Assembly (NCBI GenBank): GCA_021325615.1
Contig: JAJPGU010000004.1
Span: 30,001 to 53,982 of the forward strand
Origin: Nitrososphaerota archaeon
GTDB lineage: Archaea; Thermoproteota; Nitrososphaeria; Nitrososphaerales; Nitrosopumilaceae
Length of the DNA stretch: 23,982 nt
Direction: 5' to 3'
The position numbers and the translations under genes are program-made. How positions within the stretch are numbered: position 1 is the first letter of the stretch; each line of letters opens with the position of its first letter. This document shows positions 7,379 to 14,522 of the stretch, piece by piece. The notes under the pieces are model-generated. The model did not search any database and was not told the origin of the DNA. It worked only from the letters and a program-made list of their open reading frames with translations.

Positions 7379-8893
7379 TCAAGAGTTTATCGTAATAATG
7401 CCGCTTGATATCATGTACTGTATCCCCTTGACAAACTCGCTGTCTGAGATCTGGCCCTCGGACCACCATGCTGCATTGTTCTTCACCCATGACGGGATCC
7501 CCTGCGAGGCGCTTCCAGTCCCAGCCTGGGTCGGCGGGATCTTCATGATGCCGCTCTGGATGAGGTACTGAATCCCCTTGACAAACTCGCTGTCTCCCAC
7601 CTGGCCCTGCGACCACCACTTGGCGTTGTTCTTGACCCATGACGGTATCACTATGGTCTGCTCTCCAGTCCCCTGCCCCTGCGGTGGGCTGGCGGTCTGG
7701 TTCTGCTGTACCGGAGGAGGGCTTGCAGGCTGGCTTGGCGGGGTCGACACAAGGCCCGTTGCGTTTGCAAACGGAGGTGCAACCTTCACGTCCACGTGCA
7801 CCATCCCCGAAAGGCTCACGTCGGTAACTCCCGACTCGGCTCCCGTTCCTGCCACATAGATAACGTAATGGGCAACTGGCGGGGGCTGGTTCACGATAAA
7901 GTGCTGCTCGTCGTCCCCTACTGCCGAATAAATGTCGGTTCTCCCTATGCCCTGTGCAAGCGAGCCAAGTTCATGGCCCTGCGAGTCAACGGTAAAAATG
8001 TCATAATGCACGTCGGAAACTTTCTGGGTGGAAGAGTAGACCTGCTCAAATGATATCCTCCATCCCATCGGGCATCCCTGGTGCGGTACGGCCGGGCTGT
8101 AGTAGTACTCTACTGCAACTGTCCCCGAGTCGGTGGACTGGGTATCGTGTACGACGTCATTAGCGTAATCTATCGCCGGACACTGCGCGCTACCGCCAAG
8201 CGGGTTGGTTGAGACCACGTTGAGAAATGAGGGCGGGGTTGCGCTGTTGCCATGGTCTAGAAGCTCATACTGGTATCCAATCGTGGGCGAGCCGCTTGTC
8301 TTTATTGCATAAACCTTTGCCTTGACTGGGAACGCAAAGTCCGGGTCTACCCAGATGTACGAGTCTACCCCGCTGTCGTGGAACTTGAGGGTCGAGGCCT
8401 GGAAGGTTCCAGCCTGTGTTGTCACTGACTGCATGCCGATTGATCCTATCGAGACCTCGCCGTAAATGCCGGTCTGTCCCCAGACCGGGGCTACAATGTT
8501 TACAGGGGCCGTCTTTACCGCAAAGGAGTCAAGCCATGTAAGGGTCAGCCTGTATACGTTGACATAGGGTGCCAAGTTGGGGTCTGTATAAGTCGGGTCA
8601 GGCGTCACATTGCCCAGTTTTACCGTCCCCTTTTCGACTATGGACCCGTCATGGACCACCATCTGGAGTGTATAGCCATCGCTTGTCTGGTTCTGTACCC
8701 AAAAGTCCATCTCAAACGGGGCAAGGTTGTGGTAGAACACGTCTGCAAGGTTGTACCTATAGTAATCCCCCTGTTTGAGGCCCTGTCCCACGTACCACGT
8801 AGAGGCCGCAAAGACGTTTGGCACCGTCGAGACCACCCCTACTGACAAAATGGCTAAAATTGCGATTATCGCTATCGGAGATCTATAACTCAT
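7379..8893 (-). CDS. Secreted protein of unknown function with Pro/Gln-rich linker and two C-terminal Trp-rich modules
   Basis: Signal peptide MSYRSPIAIIAILAILSVGVVSTVPNVFAAS, a large beta-rich region, the linker STPPSQPASPPPVQQNQTASPPQGQGTG, then two copies of IPSWVKNNAxWWSxGQ..DSEFVKGIQY.I.SGI. I prefer ATG 8893 over the track GTG 8944 because it sits directly in front of the signal peptide. Confidence 0.8.
   Translation of the reverse strand: MSYRSPIAIIAILAILSVGVVSTVPNVFAASTWYVGQGLKQGDYYRYNLADVFYHNLAPFEMDFWVQNQTSDGYTLQMVVHDGSIVEKGTVKLGNVTPDPTYTDPNLAPYVNVYRLTLTWLDSFAVKTAPVNIVAPVWGQTGIYGEVSIGSIGMQSVTTQAGTFQASTLKFHDSGVDSYIWVDPDFAFPVKAKVYAIKTSGSPTIGYQYELLDHGNSATPPSFLNVVSTNPLGGSAQCPAIDYANDVVHDTQSTDSGTVAVEYYYSPAVPHQGCPMGWRISFEQVYSSTQKVSDVHYDIFTVDSQGHELGSLAQGIGRTDIYSAVGDDEQHFIVNQPPPVAHYVIYVAGTGAESGVTDVSLSGMVHVDVKVAPPFANATGLVSTPPSQPASPPPVQQNQTASPPQGQGTGEQTIVIPSWVKNNAKWWSQGQVGDSEFVKGIQYLIQSGIMKIPPTQAGTGSASQGIPSWVKNNAAWWSEGQISDSEFVKGIQYMISSGIITINS
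7382..7498 (-). repeat. C-terminal module copy 2 (IPSWVKNNAAWWSEGQISDSEFVKGIQYMISSGIITINS)
   Basis: Direct repeat of 7538-7648 at both protein and DNA level (for example ccccttgacaaactcgctgtct is shared). Confidence 0.85.
7538..7648 (-). repeat. C-terminal module copy 1 (IPSWVKNNAKWWSQGQVGDSEFVKGIQYLIQSGIMKI)
   Basis: Direct repeat of 7382-7498, separated from it by the 13-aa spacer PPTQAGTGSASQG. Confidence 0.85.
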
Positions 8894-9069
8894 CTGATAC
8901 GATGAGCTGTTAAAGCGATTGATAAACCAATCTCTCTTTCTCACCGCCTTTTAAGGTGTTAGACCGTTACGTAGGAACCCTCCATTTTCGGAAACCTGAG
9001 AATGACGAATACTGTTAAGTATTTTCATACGCTTTTTACACTACAGGTCATCTCAAAAGAGATCTAACT

Positions 9070-9087
9070 CATGTCCTTCCCTTCCAA
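9070..9087. repeat. Copy B of the exact 18-nt intergenic repeat, catgtccttcccttccaa
   Basis: Identical to 6449-6466. Its 3' end forms the left arm of the hairpin at 9080-9107. Confidence 0.8.
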
Positions 9088-9107
9088 GCCGACCTGTGCT
9101 TGGAAGG
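9080..9107. promoter_or_regulatory. Perfect 10-bp inverted repeat/hairpin (ccttccaagc N8 gcttggaagg) in a divergent promoter region
   Basis: Arms at 9080-9089 and 9098-9107 are exact reverse complements. It lies about 95-120 nt upstream of ATG 9202. Confidence 0.5.
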
Positions 9108-9168
9108 CATGCATCCAGAGCCCCCCTTTCCCCAAAATCATGCCCAAAATTGCAGTGTATACTTGAGA

Positions 9169-9176
9169 GATTTATC
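9169..9176 (+). promoter_or_regulatory. TATA-like box (gatttatc) about 29 nt upstream of ATG 9202
   Basis: Position relative to the first ATG that begins the conserved domain. Confidence 0.4.
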
Positions 9177-9201
9177 CCAATGTTTCATTAGGGATACCGT
9201 A

Positions 9202-9633
9202 ATGGCCGAGGCTGATGTTACAGTCCAGATAAATGCGCCATATGACATTGTCTGGAAGATCATTTCCGATGTTGACAACGATCCGAGATACTGGAAGGGG
9301 ATTTCCAGGGTGAGGAACATATCAAAAGAGAGGAACGCAGTCCTACGGGAGGTCGACATGTCAGACGGGACCAGACTGCAGCAGAGGGTAACCATCTTCC
9401 CAAAGGAAGGGGTCCACATCCGCTGGACAAAGGGCCAGTCAACCGGCATAAGGGACATCATGCTTATCGACAACGGCAAAGCAACCGTCGTCCGCATCCA
9501 GACCACCTACAAATCATCACCGCAAAAGGCGGCACAGGCAGAGGCGGTGGCAAAGATGCAGGCCGAGGCGGAGTTTGCGCTTTCATTGATAAAAAGGGCG
9601 GCAGAAGCTAGGCCCCAGAAAATTTCAAGCTAG
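9202..9633 (+). CDS. SRPBCC (START / polyketide cyclase-dehydrase-like) domain protein
   Basis: MAEADVTVQINAPYDIVWKIISDVDNDPRYWKGI... fits the typical N-terminus of SRPBCC ligand-binding proteins. The track start at 9100 lies inside the hairpin and upstream of the TATA-like box, so I trimmed to ATG 9202. Confidence 0.65.
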   Translation: MAEADVTVQINAPYDIVWKIISDVDNDPRYWKGISRVRNISKERNAVLREVDMSDGTRLQQRVTIFPKEGVHIRWTKGQSTGIRDIMLIDNGKATVVRIQTTYKSSPQKAAQAEAVAKMQAEAEFALSLIKRAAEARPQKISS

Positions 9634-9649
9634 CAGATTGGTTCCAAAC

Positions 9650-9982
9650 TCAGGCGATACCAGACCCAGACGCCCCCGAGAGCGAGGACGGGTTGGTCCT
9701 GTACCTCATCTCCCAACGGCCGTGGTCGCCCACTGTATACTCTATCTTGAGGAGATTCATGCTTGACAGCCTCTTGAGCTTCCGATATGCGGTGCTCTGG
9801 GCTATGTTTGACTCGAAGATAATCTGCGATGCCGACTTGGGCTCTTGCATCGCAGCCTCGAGTATGAGTCGCGCATCCCTGTCCGACATGAGCCTCTGGT
9901 ATGCCCTGCTCCCCGGAATCCGTTGGGACTGGCCTTCCATCAATCCCTTCCGCCCTCCGCGAAACTTGACATGCCTAGGCAT
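9650..9982 (-). CDS. Winged helix-turn-helix transcriptional regulator (ArsR/TrmB-like)
   Basis: ARLILEAAMQEPKSASQIIFESNIAQSTAYRKLKRLSSMNLLKIEY is a classic wHTH recognition pattern. Confidence 0.65.
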   Translation of the reverse strand: MPRHVKFRGGRKGLMEGQSQRIPGSRAYQRLMSDRDARLILEAAMQEPKSASQIIFESNIAQSTAYRKLKRLSSMNLLKIEYTVGDHGRWEMRYRTNPSSLSGASGSGIA

Positions 9983-10100
9983 GAGATATCATTATTGCCC
10001 CTTTCCATATGCCACGATTAAATGACAGAAAAATCTGATAAAAACAGAACGTACACAGTGCAATATCCCAGGATCAGACAGGTTCGGGCCAGAATTTGGG

Positions 10101-10655
10101 TTATTCGGAGAAATTGAATGATATCGTGTTATTGTCGGCCCTTACCTTGATCTTCCTTGCAAAGACCTCGTCAAAGATAAGCTCAAGGATGGTCTTGTGG
10201 TATACCGACCAGTTCTTCCCTATGTCATGCTTCATCACATAGGTGTGGAACCCGTCAATGTTTGTGTGGCTTACCTGGACTGAGGAGTTTATCATGCGCA
10301 CCTCAAACCAGGACAGGAAGGAGATTATGTCCATGCGGCCCTGCATGAAGAGGGCGATATCCCTCACCTCGTTCTTTCCAATCCTTGAGGCTATCGAGAT
10401 TATCTCGCTCTGTTTCATCTTCCCAAAGATCTCTGCAAAGACAGGCTTGTTTATCATTACAAATCCCGAGACCGGCTCGTAAATGTCCCACTCTAGGAAC
10501 CTGCGGAAGGCCTGGTTTGCAAGGGTGTTGGTGCTCACCTGCCTCTTGTCCGATTCGACCCTGAGTTTTTTTAGAATCTCATCGTCCAGCCTGAACGTTA
10601 TGGTGGACGTCTTTTTGGATGGCAGGCTCAATCCCTTACAATATCTTTGAAGCAT
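10101..10655 (-). CDS. Ribbon-helix-helix (CopG/Arc/MetJ-like) regulator with C-terminal domain of unknown function; paralog of 17100-17690
   Basis: N-terminal ITFRLDDEILKKLRVESDKRQVSTNTLANQAFRRFLEW has the beta-alpha-alpha RHH pattern. The start is 3 nt after the stop of 10659-11219, suggesting an operon. Confidence 0.65.
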   Translation of the reverse strand: MLQRYCKGLSLPSKKTSTITFRLDDEILKKLRVESDKRQVSTNTLANQAFRRFLEWDIYEPVSGFVMINKPVFAEIFGKMKQSEIISIASRIGKNEVRDIALFMQGRMDIISFLSWFEVRMINSSVQVSHTNIDGFHTYVMKHDIGKNWSVYHKTILELIFDEVFARKIKVRADNNTISFNFSE

Positions 10656-10658
10656 TTT

Positions 10659-11219
10659 TTAAGATTTGGGCTTGGCCTTTTTGTAGAGATGTTTCCAGAC
10701 AGCATATCCTATCCCCCCGAACGCGCCCATGACAAGGATGAACGGCAGGAGCGTGTAAAACAGGTTCATCGCCTGAAACTGGGGTGAGGACACAAATACG
10801 TTGAACCTTGCTACCTCGATGAAGGTTGGCGTGTCAACCCGTAGGAAGACCTCGTATGATCCTCCCTTGTCAAAGACATACTGCCTCCCAAAGTCCCCGT
10901 CTGCTACGGTTGTGCTGTTAAACTTGTGTGAAATGGTGTTTGACGACGGGTTGGAAGGATCATAGGATACCAAGGTGACGGTCTCTGTAAAGTTCTTCAG
11001 GTGTTCTCCCGTTGCAAGGTTCTGGACGCTAAAGTTGAGCGTGGAGTTTTCACCTACCGACGGAGTCTGCGGGCTGGGCTCGAATTGGATCTTTATGTTG
11101 AACCTCTCATTGGTCCACTCTTGGACGTTTAGGCCGTATAGGTGTCCATAGGACTGGGCGGGAAGGAGGACTAGGAGCGACACCAGCATGGCAGGTATTT
11201 TAGAGCGGAGTCGTTTCAA
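10659..11219 (-). CDS. Extracytoplasmic beta-sandwich protein with signal peptide and C-terminal TM anchor (YtkA/FixH/CopC-like architecture), hypothetical
   Basis: Signal MKRLRSKIPAMLVSLLVLLPAQSYG followed by HLYG. The motif FNIKIQFEPSPQTPSVGENSTLNFSVQN is present. C-terminal LLPFILVMGAFGGIGYAVW is followed by KHLYKKAKPKS. Confidence 0.65.
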   Translation of the reverse strand: MKRLRSKIPAMLVSLLVLLPAQSYGHLYGLNVQEWTNERFNIKIQFEPSPQTPSVGENSTLNFSVQNLATGEHLKNFTETVTLVSYDPSNPSSNTISHKFNSTTVADGDFGRQYVFDKGGSYEVFLRVDTPTFIEVARFNVFVSSPQFQAMNLFYTLLPFILVMGAFGGIGYAVWKHLYKKAKPKS

Positions 11220-11309
11220 GTCGAACCAAGGTTTGTTGGGTTTGCATATCCTTTAATACATTGTCAGAAATTCCACCGTTTGCAACTTGGGCGGAAACAG
11301 CCTACATGG

Positions 11310-11317
11310 TATTTAAG
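11310..11317 (+). promoter_or_regulatory. TATA-like box (tatttaag) about 27 nt upstream of GTG 11341
   Basis: The spacing supports the GTG start that opens directly onto the signal peptide. Confidence 0.4.
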
Positions 11318-11340
11318 TAGTCGAGGCGGATCAATGGCAA

Positions 11341-11943
11341 GTGCGAAAAATAATCATCCTTGCATCCCTTGCATGCATGGTCATATTTTCAACGGGCGCT
11401 GCAAATGCGGCCCAGCAGGGATCAGGCTCCATCATCAGCAACCTGTTCGGCGGCCTGCAGTGGCAACCTGACGCCCTAAACTCCGAGTCCCAGGTAATTG
11501 GCAACTACCAAGTGGTTGTCTCGACCGACCCCCTAAGCCCGAGGGTTAACGATACGACGCACTTTAGCTTCAAAGTGTACAACTATAACCAGGGCGCGTA
11601 TGCAAACGGGAACAGTTATGCCGAAACGGGCGTCAACCACTTTACCATGGGCATCCGAGTCTTTTACAACGACCACATGGTAGACGAGATATTGCCCCAG
11701 ACGCACAAAGGAAATTCGTTTAGCTTTGACTATACGTTCCACCGCTCGGGAAACCATGTCCTCATGGTAGACCTCTATGACACTTCAAAGAACACCCCTG
11801 TGATAACATACATCTTTAACATACCAGTGGACACCTTCTTTGGCCCAATCTTCCAATACATTCTCATTGCAGCTGCAGTTGCAGTCTCAGGTACAGTCCT
11901 GTGGGTTAGATTTGGGATGGTAAAGAAGAACCGCAGACGCTGA
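11341..11943 (+). CDS. Extracytoplasmic beta-sandwich protein with signal peptide and C-terminal TM anchor; paralog of 10659-11219
   Basis: Signal MRKIIILASLACMVIFSTGAANA. It shares motifs with its neighbour: GNYQVVVSTDPLSPRVNDTTHFSFKVYN versus FNIKIQFEPSPQTPSVGENSTLNFSVQN, and GNSFSFDYTFHRSGNHVLMVDLYD versus GDFGRQYVFDKGGSYEVFLRVD. C-terminal ILIAAAVAVSGTVLWV is followed by a KKNRRR tail. Confidence 0.65.
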   Translation: MRKIIILASLACMVIFSTGAANAAQQGSGSIISNLFGGLQWQPDALNSESQVIGNYQVVVSTDPLSPRVNDTTHFSFKVYNYNQGAYANGNSYAETGVNHFTMGIRVFYNDHMVDEILPQTHKGNSFSFDYTFHRSGNHVLMVDLYDTSKNTPVITYIFNIPVDTFFGPIFQYILIAAAVAVSGTVLWVRFGMVKKNRRR

Positions 11944-11962
11944 GAAAAAGGTTTCAGGGCCC

Positions 11963-12029
11963 CTAGTACAATCATTAAAGAAAACATTTTTCCATATTTT
12001 GTTTCGGATCTTTTTAATCATTGTACTAG
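11963..12029. repeat. Long imperfect inverted repeat (19-nt arms, 29-nt T-rich spacer) just after the stop of 11341-11943
   Basis: Arms ctagtacaatcattaaaga (11963-11981) and tctttttaatcattgtactag region (12011-12029) pair at 17 Watson-Crick positions plus one G-T, with one C-C mismatch. The spacer contains ttttt and ttttgttt runs. Confidence 0.7.
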
Positions 12030-12343
12030 TATTCCATACAGATTTTACTGCCATTCCCTCACAACGACAAACATTTGTCACATTATTTTAGACTAGGTTT
12101 TCAGCCACAGCAGAGGAGTTCATGGTTGCATGTTTTGCAGGTAACAAGTCCGAAGGAGAACTGGATGGCCGAATCGAGTTTGATGAATAAACGATACAGC
12201 TACCATCCTACATTCTCCAAGAGGTGTTTCCATATCATTTAATTTATAATGTGGATATCATTCTCATGCCAGAACAAAACGGCCTTTAGCGATATTTAGA
12301 AATTCGAAGATTGCATGAGAAACATCTACAGAAGATAAATTGG

Positions 12344-13675
12344 ATGAATAAAAGCAAATTCCTGATGATTCAACGATATGGCATTTTCGCTATTGTTGCA
12401 ACGGTTGCAGTAATAGGGATAGTGCTTGGAAACACATATTCAAACACATCATCAACAAGCAGCGCTCAGGCAGTAACGCCTGAGACAATCGACAAGGTAA
12501 CGCCCCAGACAATAGATTCTGTGGCCGCACAGGATGCCAACAGCATCGGCGGCCTGGAATTCCACATGTTCGGGGCAGACGCGATTCCGTTAGACCAGGT
12601 AGCAGCCCTAAAGGCCGCCGGAAGGACCGTACACGACGTGACGCTCACCGCGCAGTCGGTTGACCTCCCGATCCCTGGCGGAAAGATGTACCATGCAATG
12701 ACCTATGATGGCCAAATCCCAGGACCCACAATCAGGGTTACCCAGGGAGACGTGATCGAGGTCACGCTCAACGTGCCCTCCACCGAGCCCACGGGCCACA
12801 GCCTTGACATGCACGCAGGCAGAATCTCCGCGGTTCCAAACTTCGGACCTGTCATGCCAGGCAAGTCGCGCACCTATGCGTACATTGCCCAAACCCCCGG
12901 AGCCTTCAAGTACCATTGTGAGGGCGTCGGAGTGATTGGCATGGACCAGCACGTGCTGTCCGGCATGTACGGCATGGTAATTGTCGATCCACTCAACGGA
13001 TACCACAAGCTCCTAGTAGAGAGAACTGCGACGCAGGACGGCCATGTTATTCTCAACAACACACTCATGTCCCCTGCCGCATACGAGTTCACTCTGGAGT
13101 ACAACCAGCTCTACATTGACGACAACGGCTCCTACAACCAGGATGCCATGTTCAAGCATGACAACACTTGGACCGTAGTGAACGGCAAGCCCTTTGGCTA
13201 CGACCCGGTTGTGACAAAGGTTTGGAACAATGCTCCCGCAGCCCATGACAAGTCGGCACCAATCATCGTGCCAGTGGGACAGCATGTGAGAATCTTTGTT
13301 CTGAACCAAGGCAACATGCCAGTCTTCTTCCACATAGTTGGAAGCCAGATTGACAGGGTAACGCAGGGCAACATTGTCCAGGCCATGGGAACTCAGACAT
13401 GGGAGATTGGCGGTTCGCAGGACGCGATAATTGATGCAGTGTTTGACGAACCCGGAGCATATGTGGCGGTAAATCATGACTATGCTGCAATCTTCACCGG
13501 CGCAGCCTCGGTAATACTGGCAAAAGACCAGCCGGCACCAAACCCGTCGGACGCGGTTCCACCAGTCTCAAGCGTACCAGGCACAAGCATTCCACAGCAG
13601 ACGTTTGTCCATTGTGAGTGCACAGATGCAAGGGCCTCACAGATTGCAGGCATGCTGAACTCTACTGCCCAATAA
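12344..13675 (+). CDS. nirK: Copper-containing nitrite reductase (NirK-type two-domain multicopper oxidase), N-terminally membrane-anchored
   Basis: TGHSLDMHAG (T1 His and T2 His). KYHCEGVGVIGMDQHVLSGMYGMVIVDP (T2 His, T1 Cys, then His, then Met). FFHIVGSQIDRV (domain-2 T2 His). N-terminal anchor YGIFAIVATVAVIGIVLG. ATG 12344 is preferred over the track TTG 12311. Confidence 0.85.
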   Translation: MNKSKFLMIQRYGIFAIVATVAVIGIVLGNTYSNTSSTSSAQAVTPETIDKVTPQTIDSVAAQDANSIGGLEFHMFGADAIPLDQVAALKAAGRTVHDVTLTAQSVDLPIPGGKMYHAMTYDGQIPGPTIRVTQGDVIEVTLNVPSTEPTGHSLDMHAGRISAVPNFGPVMPGKSRTYAYIAQTPGAFKYHCEGVGVIGMDQHVLSGMYGMVIVDPLNGYHKLLVERTATQDGHVILNNTLMSPAAYEFTLEYNQLYIDDNGSYNQDAMFKHDNTWTVVNGKPFGYDPVVTKVWNNAPAAHDKSAPIIVPVGQHVRIFVLNQGNMPVFFHIVGSQIDRVTQGNIVQAMGTQTWEIGGSQDAIIDAVFDEPGAYVAVNHDYAAIFTGAASVILAKDQPAPNPSDAVPPVSSVPGTSIPQQTFVHCECTDARASQIAGMLNSTAQ

Positions 13676-13685
13676 ACTCCAAAAC

Positions 13686-13703
13686 TTTTTCTTTTTTGTT
13701 TTT
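13686..13703 (+). terminator. Oligo-T terminator tracts after nirK
   Basis: ttttt c tttttt g ttttt begins 11 nt after the TAA stop. Archaeal termination typically occurs at T runs. Confidence 0.5.
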
Positions 13704-13751
13704 CCTCAAGCCATACTTTTTCCTTTCCATGAATTGAGAATATCACCAACC

Positions 13752-13759
13752 TCTAAAAG
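13752..13759 (+). promoter_or_regulatory. TATA-like box (tctaaaag) about 29 nt upstream of ATG 13785
   Basis: Position and composition. Confidence 0.4.
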
Positions 13760-13784
13760 GAATCATGACAGATCTTGAAGCAAA

Positions 13785-14504
13785 ATGTACGGGGAAGAAA
13801 CCGGGTTCGTTATGGACGGCAAGGCCTCGCTCATTCTCATAGCCACAAACAAGTCAAAATCCGCGTTTGAGGTCAGCAGGGAATGCAACCTCCCGCTCAG
13901 CACCACATACCGCAAGCTTGACGAGCTCCTGCGGTTGAACATGGTAAAGGTAACCGGCGAAATTTCAAATGGGAAGAGGCACTTGCTCTTTACCAACAAT
14001 TCAAAAAAAGGACAGTTCAAAAATTCGGACAGGGTGCTTGCCATAATGAGCATAATTTCCTCCAACCCCGGCATCAGTTTCCGGGACGTGCTCAGGCAGT
14101 CAGGCCTTACAAACGGCGTCCTGAGCCATTACCTTGCACGACTCCAAGAGAAAGGCTTCCTGCTTGCCAGGAGGACCAGACGGAAGGTCTGGCTTTTTAC
14201 GGGGGACATGCAACAGGAGGAAACCAGCCTGATAATACAGATCCGCAACGAGACATCTCGTGCCATCCTGATGCACCTCCTTGAAAAAAAGGAGGCGACC
14301 TTTTATGATTTCACTGGGTCCATCTCAAAGTGCCCTGCATCGATTTCCCTCCGGCTCTCAAAGCTTATCGAGGAAGGGGTCGTGAAAAAAACAGGAGGTG
14401 TCCGAAAGAACTACTACCTCAAGGATCCCAAGCTCGTTGCTAGGATCTTTACAAGGGTATTCCCCGGATCTGGAATCTCGGACCACGCAAGCCAGGACCC
14501 CTAG
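13785..14504 (+). CDS. Transcriptional regulator with three tandem winged-HTH units
   Basis: Three HTH-like segments: SAFEVSRECNLPLSTTYRKLDELLRLNMVKV, ISFRDVLRQSGLTNGVLSHYLARLQEKGFLLARR, and ATFYDFTGSISKCPASISLRLSKLIEEGVVKK. Confidence 0.65.
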   Translation: MYGEETGFVMDGKASLILIATNKSKSAFEVSRECNLPLSTTYRKLDELLRLNMVKVTGEISNGKRHLLFTNNSKKGQFKNSDRVLAIMSIISSNPGISFRDVLRQSGLTNGVLSHYLARLQEKGFLLARRTRRKVWLFTGDMQQEETSLIIQIRNETSRAILMHLLEKKEATFYDFTGSISKCPASISLRLSKLIEEGVVKKTGGVRKNYYLKDPKLVARIFTRVFPGSGISDHASQDP

Positions 14505-14522
14505 GGCGCGGCAAGCGCCATC

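Noticed and set aside
7212-7640. 142-aa minus-strand ORF spanning the junction of the cupredoxin and secreted-protein genes
   Set aside because: It is out of frame with both supported genes and crosses their 9-nt spacer. The translation is Gly/Arg/Pro-rich.
11280-11471. Cys/His-rich 63-aa ORF (MASAKNNHPCIPCMHGHIFNGRCKCGP...) that superficially looks like a metal-binding peptide
   Set aside because: It is the alternative frame of the start of 11341-11943. The other frame gives a textbook signal peptide and continues for 200 aa with paralog support.
12122-12190. 22-aa ORF and a UUGAUGA C-box-like sequence at 12181 in the nirK upstream spacer (possible C/D-box sRNA)
   Set aside because: No matching D box (CUGA) or C'/D' pair lies within 50-70 nt, and the ORF is too short and lacks supporting context.
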